Assembly: GCA_043822705.1 (NCBI GenBank)
Contig: JBDRBK010000082.1
Span: 34,565-98,564, forward strand
Reading direction: 5' to 3'
Source of the DNA: Fidelibacterota bacterium
Lineage (GTDB): Bacteria; Fidelibacterota; Marinisomatia; Marinisomatales; TCS56
DNA length: 64,000 bases
The position numbers were made by a program, and so were the translations under genes. The notes beneath the pieces are model-generated. The model did no database searches. It saw nothing but the letters and a program-made list of their open reading frames with translations, and was not told the origin of the DNA. Positions within the stretch are counted from its first letter, which is position 1, and each line of letters starts with the position of its first letter. This document shows, in pieces, positions 50,824 through 61,223 of the stretch.

Positions 50824-52035
50824 ATGAATGTGAATCGGGTTTCGAGTTACCGTTGGGTAGTTTTAACCGTTTTTGCAGTTATCAACGCCGTCGTTCAAAT
50901 GCAGTGGTTGACCTTCGCTCCAATTGCCCGGGAAGCACGCCTGTTCTATAGTGCGACCGCCCTGCAGATCGATTTCCTGTCCCTGATTTTCATGCTGGTG
51001 TTTCTGGCGGTCTGCATCCCGGCTTCGTTTATCATCGATACCTACGGTCTGCGGATCGGCGTCGGGATCGGCGCGGTGCTAACCGGGATTTTTGGTCTGA
51101 TGAAAGGCGTTTATGCAGATAGTTACACGCTGGTTGTAATCGCCCAGATCGGACTGGCCGTCGCCCAGCCGTTCATCCTGAATGCGGCTACCAAGGTGGC
51201 GGGGGTCTGGTTTCCGATCCGTGAACGGGCTACGGCGGTGGGGATCGCCACGCTGGCCCAGTTCCTGGGAATTTTACTGGTGATGCTGTTGACACCGCTG
51301 TTGGTGGTGCAGACCGTCGATGGCTCCCACACAATTCCGGCCATGCTGATGACCTATGGTAGCATCACAGCCGCAGCTGCGGTTTTGCTGTTGATTTTCC
51401 TGCGGGAAAAACCGGCCGTCCCGCCGGAAGCCGGCGAACAGGTCGAGCAGTTTCGAGTGCTGGCAGGTTTCAAACATATTTTACGGCAGCGCGACATGCG
51501 TCTGCTGCTGCTCATGTTTTTCATCGGGCTGGGCATGTTCAACGCCATCAGCACTGTCATCGATCAGATTTGCGAGGTCAAGGGTCTCACCGTGGATCAG
51601 ACCGGTCTGGTGGGCGGTATGCTGCTGATCGCCGGCATCATCGGTGCGATTGTTCTGCCACCGCTGTCGGATAAATACCGCAAGCGCAAGGCCTTCATGC
51701 TGCTGGCCATGGGGGGCATGACCCCGGGTCTGATCGGTCTGACATTTTTTACCGGTTATATTCCGTTGTTGGTTTCAGCGTTTGTACTGGGCTTTTTCCT
51801 GCTGGGGGCCGGGGCACCGGTGGGCTTTCAGTATGCCGCCGAGGTGACCCACCCGGCACCGGAGTCAACTTCCCAGGGACTGCTGCTGCTGTTCGGCCAG
51901 GTATCGGGAATCCTGTTCATTATCGGCATGAACGTAATTGGTATGATCCCGGGCTTGATTACTTTTGTGGCGCTGGCATTGGTGATTATTTATCTGACGA
52001 TCCGGCTGCATGAGTCACCGCTGATGGGGGAATAA
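50824..52035 (+). CDS. MFS transporter (FLVCR/SLC49-like)
   Basis: About 12 TMs; YRWVVL, WLTFAPI, AQPF, WFPIRERATA, AEVTHPAPE. Confidence 0.9.
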   Translation: MNVNRVSSYRWVVLTVFAVINAVVQMQWLTFAPIAREARLFYSATALQIDFLSLIFMLVFLAVCIPASFIIDTYGLRIGVGIGAVLTGIFGLMKGVYADSYTLVVIAQIGLAVAQPFILNAATKVAGVWFPIRERATAVGIATLAQFLGILLVMLLTPLLVVQTVDGSHTIPAMLMTYGSITAAAAVLLLIFLREKPAVPPEAGEQVEQFRVLAGFKHILRQRDMRLLLLMFFIGLGMFNAISTVIDQICEVKGLTVDQTGLVGGMLLIAGIIGAIVLPPLSDKYRKRKAFMLLAMGGMTPGLIGLTFFTGYIPLLVSAFVLGFFLLGAGAPVGFQYAAEVTHPAPESTSQGLLLLFGQVSGILFIIGMNVIGMIPGLITFVALALVIIYLTIRLHESPLMGE

Positions 52036-52149
52036 AAACTGTGGCAGAGACATTGAGAACACAGAGATATTAATTAATGGATTGCTAAATTCACTCAACA
52101 CTCATAGCTAAATATTCTGTATCGAAACCCCTGAAACCTGACCCCTGCC

Positions 52150-52947
52150 ATGGACACACTTTTCTGGTACAAACTGCTCCAAAGTTTTCTGGTCGGCAGC
52201 ATCTGGATCACCGCCAGCACCCTGATTGCCGAGAAGTACGGCAGTAAAATCGGCGGTTTTATCGGCGGTCTGCCATCCACAATTATCATCGCCCTGTTGT
52301 TCATCGGCATCACCCAGTCGCCGGAAGCGGCCGTCCGAGCCACCACAGTAGTACCGCTGACCATGGGCATCAATGGCATATTCACGCTGGTCTACCTGGT
52401 CAGCGTCAAGCGCGGCCTGATCACGGCCCTGTTCCGGGCCTTCCTGGTGTGGATCGCCCTGGCCGGTCCACTGGCGTTTTCGGGGCTGGATAATTTTCCG
52501 CTGGCAGTCACCGGCTGGCTGCTACTGATGGGATTCTATTTTATCGCCGTGGAGAAATTCGCTCACATTCCGGCCCACGGCAAAGTGACCGTCCATTATA
52601 CTACCATTCAGATCGTATCCCGCGGACTGTTTGCCGGCATCCTGATCGCCTTTGCGGTGTTCATGAGCAAACTGGCGGGACCGGTACTGGGCGGAATATT
52701 CGCGGTATTTCCGGTGATTTTCACCTCCACGATGGTGATCACCTACCATTCCGGAGGCTATAAATTTTCCCGGGCGGTGGTGAAAATTCTGGTGGTCAGC
52801 GCCATGGTCAATGTGGGCGTTTATGCGATCGCGGTGCGGTATACTTACAGTGAGCTGGGGCTGGGCTGGGGCACCCTGACGGCAATCGGCGTTTCGCTGG
52901 TTACCGCCTGGCTGACGTTCTATGGAATCAGGAAATGGTTGCTGTAA
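52150..52947 (+). CDS. DUF3147-like membrane protein
   Basis: Duplicated GGFIGGLP / GGIFAVFP motifs, multi-TM. Confidence 0.7.
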   Translation: MDTLFWYKLLQSFLVGSIWITASTLIAEKYGSKIGGFIGGLPSTIIIALLFIGITQSPEAAVRATTVVPLTMGINGIFTLVYLVSVKRGLITALFRAFLVWIALAGPLAFSGLDNFPLAVTGWLLLMGFYFIAVEKFAHIPAHGKVTVHYTTIQIVSRGLFAGILIAFAVFMSKLAGPVLGGIFAVFPVIFTSTMVITYHSGGYKFSRAVVKILVVSAMVNVGVYAIAVRYTYSELGLGWGTLTAIGVSLVTAWLTFYGIRKWLL

Positions 52948-52951
52948 TTAC

Positions 52952-52979
52952 GCAGGGACAACACCGGTGTTGTCTCTAC
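52952..52979. repeat. REP-like palindrome (GTAG type)
   Basis: Minus strand GTAGAGACAACACCGGTGTTGTCCCTGC; related copy at 61491-61522. Confidence 0.7.
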
Positions 52980-52995
52980 CATTTGTAATTAATGC

Positions 52996-54564
52996 TTATT
53001 CCCGGTAGTGGCAGCCGACACTGGAGCGGTTGGCGTGAGCGGCGCGGGTAATCAGCAGGGCGCTGAGTACCATATTCCGCAGGCCGATCAGTTCGTCGGT
53101 GACACGACTGTGGCGGTAAAAACTTTCCACCTGATTATTCAGATGATTCAATTCCTGCAGGGCCCGTTCCAGCCGGTGCGTGGTCCGCACCAGTCCAACG
53201 TAATTCCACATCAACTGGCGGATGTTTTCCATATCCTGCTGAATCAGGGCCTTGTCCGGGAGCTGATCACCGGTGTACTGCCATTCCGGGTAATCGTCTG
53301 CTGATGGCAGCGGCAACGAAGTCAGTGTTGCCCCGATCTGCTGCGCGACCCGGCTGCCCCAGACCAGTCCCTCCAGCAGGGCCGAGCTGGCGATCCGGTT
53401 GGCGCCGTGGACGCCGCTGCAGGCTACTTCGCCGGCAGCGAACAGGTTGTCGATGGTAGTGCGGCCGACCGTGTCGACCCAGATTCCACCGCAGAAATAA
53501 TGAGCCGCCGGTACGACCGGGATCGGGTCGGTGGCAATGTCGATTTTGTACTGGCGGCAGAATTGCTGGATATCGGGGAAACGCCGGCGGATTTCGTCGG
53601 CGCTGCCGATGCCGGTGACGTCCAGATACATATTGGTGGCGCCGCGTTGCAGCATTTCCTGGTGAATGCCGCGGGCGGTAATATCCCGGGGGGCCAGATC
53701 CCGCCATTCGGGACTGTACTTGTGCATGAACGGTTGACCATGCTCGTCGACCAGCCGACCGCCGGCGCCGCGCACCGCTTCGGAAATCAGGAAATTCTTG
53801 GCATGGGGGTGATAAAAAGTGGTGGGATGAAACTGGACGAATTCGCAGTTCAGGACCCGCCCCCCGGCCCGGTAAGCCATGGCCAGACCGTCGCCACGGG
53901 CGCCGGCGGGATTGCTGGTCCGCAGAAACAATTGCCCCACGCCGCCGGTAGCCAGAATGACCGCCCTGGCCAGGATGCGCCGGACCGTGCCCTGCGTCTG
54001 GTCATAGCAGTAAACACCGGCACAGGAGCGCCGGCCATAACGCGCCTGGCGGTCGTTGCTGTGGTGGGAAGTAGTAATCAAATCGATGGCGGTATGACCG
54101 GTCAGAATCCGGACGCCGGCTGTTTCGCGGACAGTATTTAATAAGGCCGTCGCGATAGCCCGCCCGGTATAATCGGCCACGTGCAGGATGCGATCGACCG
54201 AATGAGCGCCTTCCCTGATCAACGACAGATCGCCGTTTTCGCGGCGTTCGAAGGGAACCTGCAGGCGGTCGATCAGGATGCGCCGGACCAGTTCCGGTCC
54301 CTCGGCCGCCAGGATGTCCACTGCTTCGCGGTTGTTGTAATCGGCGCCGGCCTGCATTATGTCTTTCATCAGCATATCCGCTGAATCTTCCGTTCCCCGG
54401 TAGATGATGCCGCCCTGGGCATAGCGGGTATTGCTTTCTTCCGGTTGTTCGGCGCGGGTGACCAGCGTGACCGGCACGCCCAGCCGGGCCAGTTCCAGCG
54501 CGGCGGTGGTGCCGGCGATTCCGCTGCCGACAATCAGTACATCAGTAGTGAATTCTTCGTTCAT
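52996..54564 (-). CDS. nadB: L-aspartate oxidase
   Basis: GSGIAG, YAQGGI, EGAHS, QFHPT, LAPRD, AHYFCGG, HGANRIAS. Confidence 0.96.
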   Translation of the reverse strand: MNEEFTTDVLIVGSGIAGTTAALELARLGVPVTLVTRAEQPEESNTRYAQGGIIYRGTEDSADMLMKDIMQAGADYNNREAVDILAAEGPELVRRILIDRLQVPFERRENGDLSLIREGAHSVDRILHVADYTGRAIATALLNTVRETAGVRILTGHTAIDLITTSHHSNDRQARYGRRSCAGVYCYDQTQGTVRRILARAVILATGGVGQLFLRTSNPAGARGDGLAMAYRAGGRVLNCEFVQFHPTTFYHPHAKNFLISEAVRGAGGRLVDEHGQPFMHKYSPEWRDLAPRDITARGIHQEMLQRGATNMYLDVTGIGSADEIRRRFPDIQQFCRQYKIDIATDPIPVVPAAHYFCGGIWVDTVGRTTIDNLFAAGEVACSGVHGANRIASSALLEGLVWGSRVAQQIGATLTSLPLPSADDYPEWQYTGDQLPDKALIQQDMENIRQLMWNYVGLVRTTHRLERALQELNHLNNQVESFYRHSRVTDELIGLRNMVLSALLITRAAHANRSSVGCHYRE

Positions 54565-54570
54565 GGCAGC

Positions 54571-55617
54571 TTAGCCGATGGCGATCATGCGGTCAACCGC
54601 CCGGCGGGCCCGTTCGGCGATTGCGGCGGGCACTTCGATCACATATTGCCGCTGCTCCAGCGCCAGCAGGGTGTCTTCCAGGGTAATTTCGTTCATGTGC
54701 GGGCAACGCACCGAGCATAACCGCAGCATATCCTTCTCCGGGTGCGCAGCAGCGATATTATCACCCATGGCACATTCGGTCAGCAGCAGGTAGTGGGGGG
54801 CGTCGCTGTCGGCCACCGCCCGCACCAGTTGGTTGGTACTGCCGGAGAAGTCCGCTGCCGCCACCACTGCGGGGCTGCATTCCGGGTGGGCCAGCACCAG
54901 CGTGTCCGGATATTGCCGGCGGACCTGCTCGATGTCGGCCACCGTGAACTGTTCGTGAACTTCACAGCGGGCGTCCCAGCCGATCATCTGATAATCCAGC
55001 ATAGTATCGAACGCTACGGCGGTTCCGCTCTTTACCGGAAAAATAATCTGTCGGCCGGTTTCCTTAGCAACATTGGCGGCCAAGTATTCATCGGGCAGGA
55101 AAATGACGGTGTCGCAGTGCAGCGATTCCACAACCGCCACGGCGTTGCTCGATGTGCAGCAGATATCCGATTCAGCCTTCACGTCGGCGTAGGTATTTAC
55201 ATAGGTTACCACCGGCACGCCGGGAAATTGCCGGTGTAACTCCCGGACGTCGGCGGCGGAAATTCCTTCCGCCAGCGAACAGCCGGCTTTGGCCGCCGGC
55301 AACAGGACGGTTTTTTCCGGGTTCAACAGCTTGGCGGTCTCGGCCATGAAGCGGACGCCGCAGAAGACGATATAATCCTGGTCGGTTTCGGCCGCCTTGC
55401 GGCACAGGTCCAACGAATCGCCGCGAAAATCGGGGACGGTGTAAAATAGGCCCGGTTTCATATAATTGTGGCCAAGAATCACGGCCTTCATTTCGGCCTT
55501 CAATTCCTGAATCCGCATCACGATTGCGGCCTTATGTTCCAGTACCGCCTCCGGCATGGATTTTCCGGTTTTATTGCGCAGAATATCGAGCACTTCGGTT
55601 TTGGTTAAAATTGCCAT
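54571..55617 (-). CDS. nadA: Quinolinate synthase
   Basis: GHNY, GDSL, FCGVRFMAETAK; Fe-S Cys in GCSLA, CEVH, CPHM. Confidence 0.96.
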   Translation of the reverse strand: MAILTKTEVLDILRNKTGKSMPEAVLEHKAAIVMRIQELKAEMKAVILGHNYMKPGLFYTVPDFRGDSLDLCRKAAETDQDYIVFCGVRFMAETAKLLNPEKTVLLPAAKAGCSLAEGISAADVRELHRQFPGVPVVTYVNTYADVKAESDICCTSSNAVAVVESLHCDTVIFLPDEYLAANVAKETGRQIIFPVKSGTAVAFDTMLDYQMIGWDARCEVHEQFTVADIEQVRRQYPDTLVLAHPECSPAVVAAADFSGSTNQLVRAVADSDAPHYLLLTECAMGDNIAAAHPEKDMLRLCSVRCPHMNEITLEDTLLALEQRQYVIEVPAAIAERARRAVDRMIAIG

Positions 55618-55636
55618 GACGTATCCTGAATTCTGA

Positions 55637-56515
55637 TCATTGTTCGATTAATAATGAGATGTCGAGGGCCGTGACCGAGTGGGTCAGGGCGCCGACCGAG
55701 ATAAAATCCACACCGGTTTCCGCTACCAGGCGAATATTGGTATCGTCGATATTGCCGCTGGCTTCCAGTGGAATCCGTCCCGCCGCCAGGACCACTGCCG
55801 CGCTCATTTCGGCCGGGGACATATTGTCCAGCATGATCCGGTCCACCGGCAGGGCCAGCGCCTCGGTCAGTTCGTCCAGCGATTTGACCTCGACCTCGAC
55901 CGGCGTGTCCCGGCGATCGTTCCGGTTCAGATAACCACGGACCGAATTGACGGCGGCCGCAATGCCCCCTGCGGCCCGGATATGATTTTCCTTAATCAGC
56001 GCCATGTCATAAAGACCGCTGCGATGATTGTCACCGCCGCCGATGGCCACCGCCCATTTATCAAGCACGCGCAGGCCGGGGGCGGTCTTGCGCGTATCCA
56101 GTAGCCGGCAGTCGGTTCGGGCCAGCAGTGCTGTCAATTTTCGCGTCCGGGTGGCGATGCCCGACATGCGCTGTAATATATTCAGTGCCGTGCGTTCGCC
56201 AGCCAGGATCGCCCGGACCGGACCTTGAATCGTGGCGATTACCTGCTGGATTTTAACGCTGGCACCGTCCTTGATCTGAGGTGAAAAAATGATCGTTGAA
56301 TCCAGTTCTTGAAATATTTTTTGCGCCACTGCCAGACCGGCGATTACACCTTCCGCCTTCGTCACCAGCCGGGCGGTCCCGCTGGTGGATTCGGGAATCG
56401 TGCCCAGGGTGGTTATATCACCGTCGCCGATATCTTCGGCCAGGGCCCGGCGCACCAGGTCCGTGACCGCCTGACGGTAGTGGGTGGGAATTGTAGCTTG
56501 CGGATCAATCATCAA
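55637..56515 (-). CDS. nadC: Nicotinate-nucleotide diphosphorylase (QPRTase)
   Basis: EDIGDGDITT, DTRKT.PG, IKENH, IMLDN, EASGN. Confidence 0.96.
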   Translation of the reverse strand: MMIDPQATIPTHYRQAVTDLVRRALAEDIGDGDITTLGTIPESTSGTARLVTKAEGVIAGLAVAQKIFQELDSTIIFSPQIKDGASVKIQQVIATIQGPVRAILAGERTALNILQRMSGIATRTRKLTALLARTDCRLLDTRKTAPGLRVLDKWAVAIGGGDNHRSGLYDMALIKENHIRAAGGIAAAVNSVRGYLNRNDRRDTPVEVEVKSLDELTEALALPVDRIMLDNMSPAEMSAAVVLAAGRIPLEASGNIDDTNIRLVAETGVDFISVGALTHSVTALDISLLIEQ

Positions 56516-56864
56516 CGATCCATTCTACAATGGAATTGGATTTATTCAACAGTAGTTTTATAGGTTTGTGACCGGGCCATTCGGCGGCTTCATATTCGGA
56601 ATAACAGGCCACGATAATCTGATCGCCCACAACCACCAGTCGGGCGGCAGCGCCATTGAGACATACTTCACCAGGCTTACCGACGATGGCATAGGTCGTC
56701 AGCCGGGCGCCGTTGGTGATGTCGTAGACATCGACCTGTTCGTAGGGCAGGATATCGGCTGCCCGCAACAGTTCGGGATCAATCGAGATTGATCCTTCAT
56801 ATTCAAGATCGGCCCCGGTCACGGTGGCCCGATGCAGCTTCGATTTGAGCAGTGTTCGGTACAT
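56505..56864 (-). CDS. panD: Aspartate 1-decarboxylase
   Basis: LKSKLHRATVT, YEGS cleavage site, TYAI, NGAAAR. Confidence 0.96.
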   Translation of the reverse strand: MYRTLLKSKLHRATVTGADLEYEGSISIDPELLRAADILPYEQVDVYDITNGARLTTYAIVGKPGEVCLNGAAARLVVVGDQIIVACYSEYEAAEWPGHKPIKLLLNKSNSIVEWIVDD

Positions 56865-56879
56865 AATCAATGGTCAAGT

Positions 56880-57677
56880 TTAAGGTTTTTGATGAATATT
56901 ACGCGCCGGTTGATTCAGGCGCAGGGCCCGGTATAGTCCGTGCAGGACCAGGTCCGGGTGGACCGCGTCGAACAGCCCCTCGTTGGCGAACAGGCTGGAA
57001 AAACCGCCGGTCCCGATCACGATCGGCTGTTCGCCGCCGAAGGCTTCGGCTGTGACCCGGCCGGTGATTTCGCGGACGATCCCGATCTGCCCGAAAAACA
57101 TGCCCGACTGGATGCTCTCGGCGGTGGTGCGCCCCACGACTGTTTCGCGGTTGACGATCTCCACCGAATGCAGTTTGGCGGTCTTGCGCACCAGCGCTTC
57201 CAGGGAAATCTGGATTCCCGGTACGATGATACCGCCCAGGTATTCCCGCGCCTTGTTGATGACGCAGAAAATAGTGGCTGTGCCGAAATCAGCGATAATC
57301 AGGTTGCGGTCGTGGTAGATTTCGGTGGCGGCGATGGCGTTGGCGATCCGGTCGGCTCCCACTTCCAGCGGATTGCGGTAGCGAATCTGGAGCCCGGTTT
57401 TAACCCCCGGCTGCAATTCGAAGGGCGTCAAGTCGAAATATTTCAGGAAGGAATTGCGGATCGAGTGATCGGCATCGGGTACGACCGAGCAGATGGAGAC
57501 CGCAGTGATTTTTTCCGGGGCAATGCCGTTTTCACGCAATACCGACCGGAAAAATATGCCCAGTTCGTCGCTGGAACTGCGCCATTGCGCCGGTTTGCGG
57601 AATTGCAGGATCAGGTTGTCGTTTTCGAATACGCCCCCGTGCAGCGACGTATTACCCACATCCAGAGTCAGGATCAT
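56880..57677 (-). CDS. coaX: Type III pantothenate kinase
   Basis: LDVGNT, VGADR, DFGTAT, TGG. Confidence 0.96.
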   Translation of the reverse strand: MILTLDVGNTSLHGGVFENDNLILQFRKPAQWRSSSDELGIFFRSVLRENGIAPEKITAVSICSVVPDADHSIRNSFLKYFDLTPFELQPGVKTGLQIRYRNPLEVGADRIANAIAATEIYHDRNLIIADFGTATIFCVINKAREYLGGIIVPGIQISLEALVRKTAKLHSVEIVNRETVVGRTTAESIQSGMFFGQIGIVREITGRVTAEAFGGEQPIVIGTGGFSSLFANEGLFDAVHPDLVLHGLYRALRLNQPARNIHQKP

Positions 57678-58918
57678 TGCTCGGCACTCCCGTTTGGTTT
57701 CAGGATCAGATCAACCAGGATTTGTCCCAACGCCGCGGCATCCGCCGCCGTACCAGCCGGCCGGAGTTCCTTTCCGGCGAAAATCAGGTAACCGCCCTGC
57801 CGGTCGCCGGTACGATCGTTCATATCGTTGGCCACCACCAGATCAGCGCTGCAACGCGATTGCAATCCGCGCACCTGTTCCTGACGCTCCGCCGCGGTTG
57901 CGCCGGACAGCAGTTTGAAGGCCGCTAATCGGATATTTTTGTTAGCCGCCTGTGCTTTGATAGTATCCACCAGCTTGTCGGTGCGCCGGCAGTCGAGCGT
58001 GATTTCGGTGGCCCGGGAAGCGAGCTTGTTCTGATCGGGCAGGGCGCTGCTGGTACCGTCGGCCTGCAGGCGGACCGGTCGGTAGTCGCTGACGGCAGCC
58101 AGGTGGATGACAGCTGTGAGCGCCGGATCCTGAAGTTTGGTCTGCAGCCGCTGCTCCAGATCTGTGGTGTCGCTGAACTGTTCACGAAAGCAGGGCAGGA
58201 CCGGCAGCTGGGACTGGACGCCGTGCAGAAAATGGACGTCGGCCCCGGCAGCGGTGAAGACGTCCGCCAGGGCGGCGCCGGTGCGTCCGCTGCTGATATT
58301 GCCCAGATAGCGGACGGCGTCAATACCTTCGCGGGTGCCCCCGGCCGTGATCAGAATCTGTGGCCGGTCGCTGCGGGAATGGTTCAGGTTATCCCAGATT
58401 GCCGCCAGCAGGTCTTCCGGTTCCAGCATTTTCCCGGGACCTTCATCGCCGCAGGCCAGGCGTCCGCTGGCGGTAGGTAGAATGGTCACACCCCAGGCGG
58501 CCAGGGTCTGCAGTGCTTTCTGGGTGGCGGGATGGAAGTACATATTGGTATTCATGGCCGGTGCCAGCAGGTAGGGCTTGCTGCGGTCGTGGGCCAGAAA
58601 CAGGGCCTGCAGCAGCGATTCGCCGTTACCGGCCGCCAGTTTATTGATCGTGTTGGCTGTAGCCGGCGCAACAATGGTAAGGTCGGCCCATTTCACCAGG
58701 TTGATGTGGCTCATCATCGTGCCGGGGGCGAACTGGTCATGGTAAACCGGCCGGCCGGTGAGACCTTCCAGGGTGGCGGCACCGATGAAATTCAGGGCGG
58801 CGCTGCTCACGATGGTTTGAACTTCGTACCCAGCCCGGACCAGCCGCGATATGACCGTGGCGCTTTTATAGGCGGCGATCGAGCCGGTGATCTTAAACAG
58901 AATTTTTTCCCGTGCCAT
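57674..58918 (-). CDS. coaBC: Bifunctional PPC decarboxylase/PPC synthetase
   Basis: TGSIAAYK, APATAN, APAMN, LACG; ITAGGT.E.ID.VR..N.SSG, AAVSDY. Confidence 0.93.
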   Translation of the reverse strand: MAREKILFKITGSIAAYKSATVISRLVRAGYEVQTIVSSAALNFIGAATLEGLTGRPVYHDQFAPGTMMSHINLVKWADLTIVAPATANTINKLAAGNGESLLQALFLAHDRSKPYLLAPAMNTNMYFHPATQKALQTLAAWGVTILPTASGRLACGDEGPGKMLEPEDLLAAIWDNLNHSRSDRPQILITAGGTREGIDAVRYLGNISSGRTGAALADVFTAAGADVHFLHGVQSQLPVLPCFREQFSDTTDLEQRLQTKLQDPALTAVIHLAAVSDYRPVRLQADGTSSALPDQNKLASRATEITLDCRRTDKLVDTIKAQAANKNIRLAAFKLLSGATAAERQEQVRGLQSRCSADLVVANDMNDRTGDRQGGYLIFAGKELRPAGTAADAAALGQILVDLILKPNGSAEQ

Positions 58919-58921
58919 GTT

Positions 58922-59695
58922 TCATTCCCCGTTTTGATTTAACTCAATATTATCGATCAATCGAACCCGCCCCAGAAAAACGGCGCCGTAGCGGCGACCG
59001 GCAAGATCTTCTACGAAGTCTACTACAAAACCGTCCCCTTGTAGTCCGGCGATCGTGTCCGGAATGGTTTTGCCGGCCCGCAGCCAGTGAACGAAGCGCG
59101 GTGCCAGTTGCCGTTCTGCCGGGGTCAGATTCAGGTTGCGGGAGCTGGTGGCCAGACCGTCGGCTTCGCGGATCGTGGGGCAGGGCACGATAGCGGTCGG
59201 CAGGAAAAAGGCTTGCGCCATGTCTTTGATCAACCGGAACTGCTGGTAGTCCTTTTCGCCGAAATAGGTGCGGTCGGCCCGGACGATATTGAGCAGTTTC
59301 AGCACCACCGTCAGCACGCCGTCAAAATGACCGGGTCGGGAAGCGCCGCAGAGCAGTTGGCTGAATTCGGTCTCGGTCACCCGGAAGCGATAATTATCAC
59401 CGTACAATTGGGCGTAATCCGGCAGCAGCACCACATCCGTACCGGCCGCCGCCAGCTGTTTTTGATCCTGTTCGATATCCCGGGGATAATGGCGCAGGTC
59501 GTCGGGATTGTTGAACTGGGTCGGGTTAATGAATATACTAACGACGGTGCAGTCATTTTCAGACCGGGACCGCTCCACCAGCGACAGGTGCCCGGGGTGC
59601 AGGGCGCCCATGGTCGGGACGAAACCGATCGACTGGCCGGCCAGTTCCGATTCCCGGTAAGTCAGCCAGTCGGCGATGGTGGTGAAAGTGCGCAT
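58922..59695 (-). CDS. panC: Pantoate--beta-alanine ligase
   Basis: PTMGALHPGH, NPTQF, RPGHFDGV, FGEKDYQQ, RLIDN. Confidence 0.96.
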   Translation of the reverse strand: MRTFTTIADWLTYRESELAGQSIGFVPTMGALHPGHLSLVERSRSENDCTVVSIFINPTQFNNPDDLRHYPRDIEQDQKQLAAAGTDVVLLPDYAQLYGDNYRFRVTETEFSQLLCGASRPGHFDGVLTVVLKLLNIVRADRTYFGEKDYQQFRLIKDMAQAFFLPTAIVPCPTIREADGLATSSRNLNLTPAERQLAPRFVHWLRAGKTIPDTIAGLQGDGFVVDFVEDLAGRRYGAVFLGRVRLIDNIELNQNGE

Positions 59696-60486
59696 CAGTG
59701 AAAACTCTCCTCCGGGCCGGGGAATTCGCCAGCCTGCACATCGGCGGTGAAGCGGTCGAGGGCCTCCCGGATCAGGTTGAAACCGTCCAGGTAGGTGCGC
59801 AGGAATTTCGGCCGGAATTCCGGGTTCATTCCCAGCAGATCCTGCAGGACCAGCACCTGGCCGGCCGTGTGTGGTCCGGCGCCGATTCCGATCGTCGGTA
59901 TCGATGACTGTCCGGTGGCCTGTTTTGCCAGCGGCGCTGGTACCATCTCCAGCACGATGGCGAAACAGCCGGCCTCCGCCAGCAGTCCGGCATCGTTCAG
60001 CAGCACCTGTTCCGCCGCCTGGCCCCGACCCTGGACCTTGTACCCCCCCAGTTGATGAACCGACTGGGGGGTGAGTCCCAGATGACCCATCACCGGAATC
60101 CCCGACTCGATGACATAGCGGATGCTGTCGACCTGGGCCCGGCCGCCTTCGATCTTGACTGCGCCGGCTCCCGCTTTCATCATTGCATCGACTGCCAGCA
60201 TCAGGCGTCGCCGGCCGTGGCGGTGGGCCAGGAAGGGCAGGTCGGCGATGACCAGCTTGTCGCCGGCGCCCCGGCGGACCGCCGTCACATGGGCCGCCAT
60301 CATATCGACCGTGGCGTTGATCGTGGTGTCGTAGCCGTGCATCACCATGGCGGCGCTGTCGCCCACCAGGATCGCATCGACGGTGCTGGCGCTGATGATC
60401 CGGGCCATGGTGTAATCGTAGCCGGTGACCAGGGTGATCGGCTCGCGGGCGGAAAATTTACGTTGGAAATCCTTGATACTGATCAT
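59695..60486 (-). CDS. panB: 3-methyl-2-oxobutanoate hydroxymethyltransferase
   Basis: LVGDS, DLPF, VKIEGG, GHLGLTPQ, IGIGAG. Confidence 0.97.
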   Translation of the reverse strand: MISIKDFQRKFSAREPITLVTGYDYTMARIISASTVDAILVGDSAAMVMHGYDTTINATVDMMAAHVTAVRRGAGDKLVIADLPFLAHRHGRRRLMLAVDAMMKAGAGAVKIEGGRAQVDSIRYVIESGIPVMGHLGLTPQSVHQLGGYKVQGRGQAAEQVLLNDAGLLAEAGCFAIVLEMVPAPLAKQATGQSSIPTIGIGAGPHTAGQVLVLQDLLGMNPEFRPKFLRTYLDGFNLIREALDRFTADVQAGEFPGPEESFH

Positions 60487-61223
60487 GATTGGGAACCTCG
60501 CGGTTTATCCAGGGTGGAATAAATTTCGACGAAAATGTCGTACACAGCGCGGAAGGGATCGTTCTGCAACGCCCGGCGATGTTTTTCGATTGTGGCCCGG
60601 TCGCCCCGCGCCAGGGGACCGGTCAGCGGGTCGCCGCCGGTAAGCAGATTGGTGGCAATCGCCCGCAGATAGGGCTCGGCGGCGGCCGGCGGCAGGTCCA
60701 GTTGGTCGTGCAGGCGCTGGAAATAATTCTGCCACAGCAGGGTGGTGAAATTTCCGGCCAGGCTGGCCCAGGCATGATAGTAACTTTTACGGTCGGCCGG
60801 GATGGCGCGGGCCGGGTTCGGTAGTTCCGGTAACAGTTCGCTGAAGGGGGTCCGGCCTGCTTCGGTGATGAACCAGATCGATTCATATACTTCCCGGGAA
60901 TACAGTTCACTGCCGAAAGTCATCAGCGGATGGGCCGACTCCACTTCCGGCAAGGACAGGCTGCCGGAGCAGTGAATCCAGCGAATGTGGGGATTTAGTG
61001 AACGATGGCAGTGGATAAAATCGGCGATGGCGTCATCGGGCAGGCAGACGATGGCTTTTTCGACATGCCGCAGGGTGGCGGTTATTGGCGTCGGCAATTG
61101 CCGGTACCAGTGGCGGTGGGGAATACCCAGCAACTGCAGATAATGCCGGAAGTGACGCGCCAGGCGTCCGTTCCCGATCAGCAGATAAGGATAAGTTCGA
61201 GTCGACTTCAGTACCTGTCCCAT
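60483..61223 (-). CDS. panG: Rossmann/DUF2520 protein, PanG-type ketopantoate reductase
   Basis: IGNGRLA, HCSGSL, HPLMTF, YHA, LTGPLARGD; first gene of the pan operon. Confidence 0.82.
   Translation of the reverse strand: MGQVLKSTRTYPYLLIGNGRLARHFRHYLQLLGIPHRHWYRQLPTPITATLRHVEKAIVCLPDDAIADFIHCHRSLNPHIRWIHCSGSLSLPEVESAHPLMTFGSELYSREVYESIWFITEAGRTPFSELLPELPNPARAIPADRKSYYHAWASLAGNFTTLLWQNYFQRLHDQLDLPPAAAEPYLRAIATNLLTGGDPLTGPLARGDRATIEKHRRALQNDPFRAVYDIFVEIYSTLDKPRGSQS

Noticed and set aside
52040..52149. Short CAGAGA and ACCCCTG microrepeats
   Set aside because: Too short and few to distinguish from chance within this window
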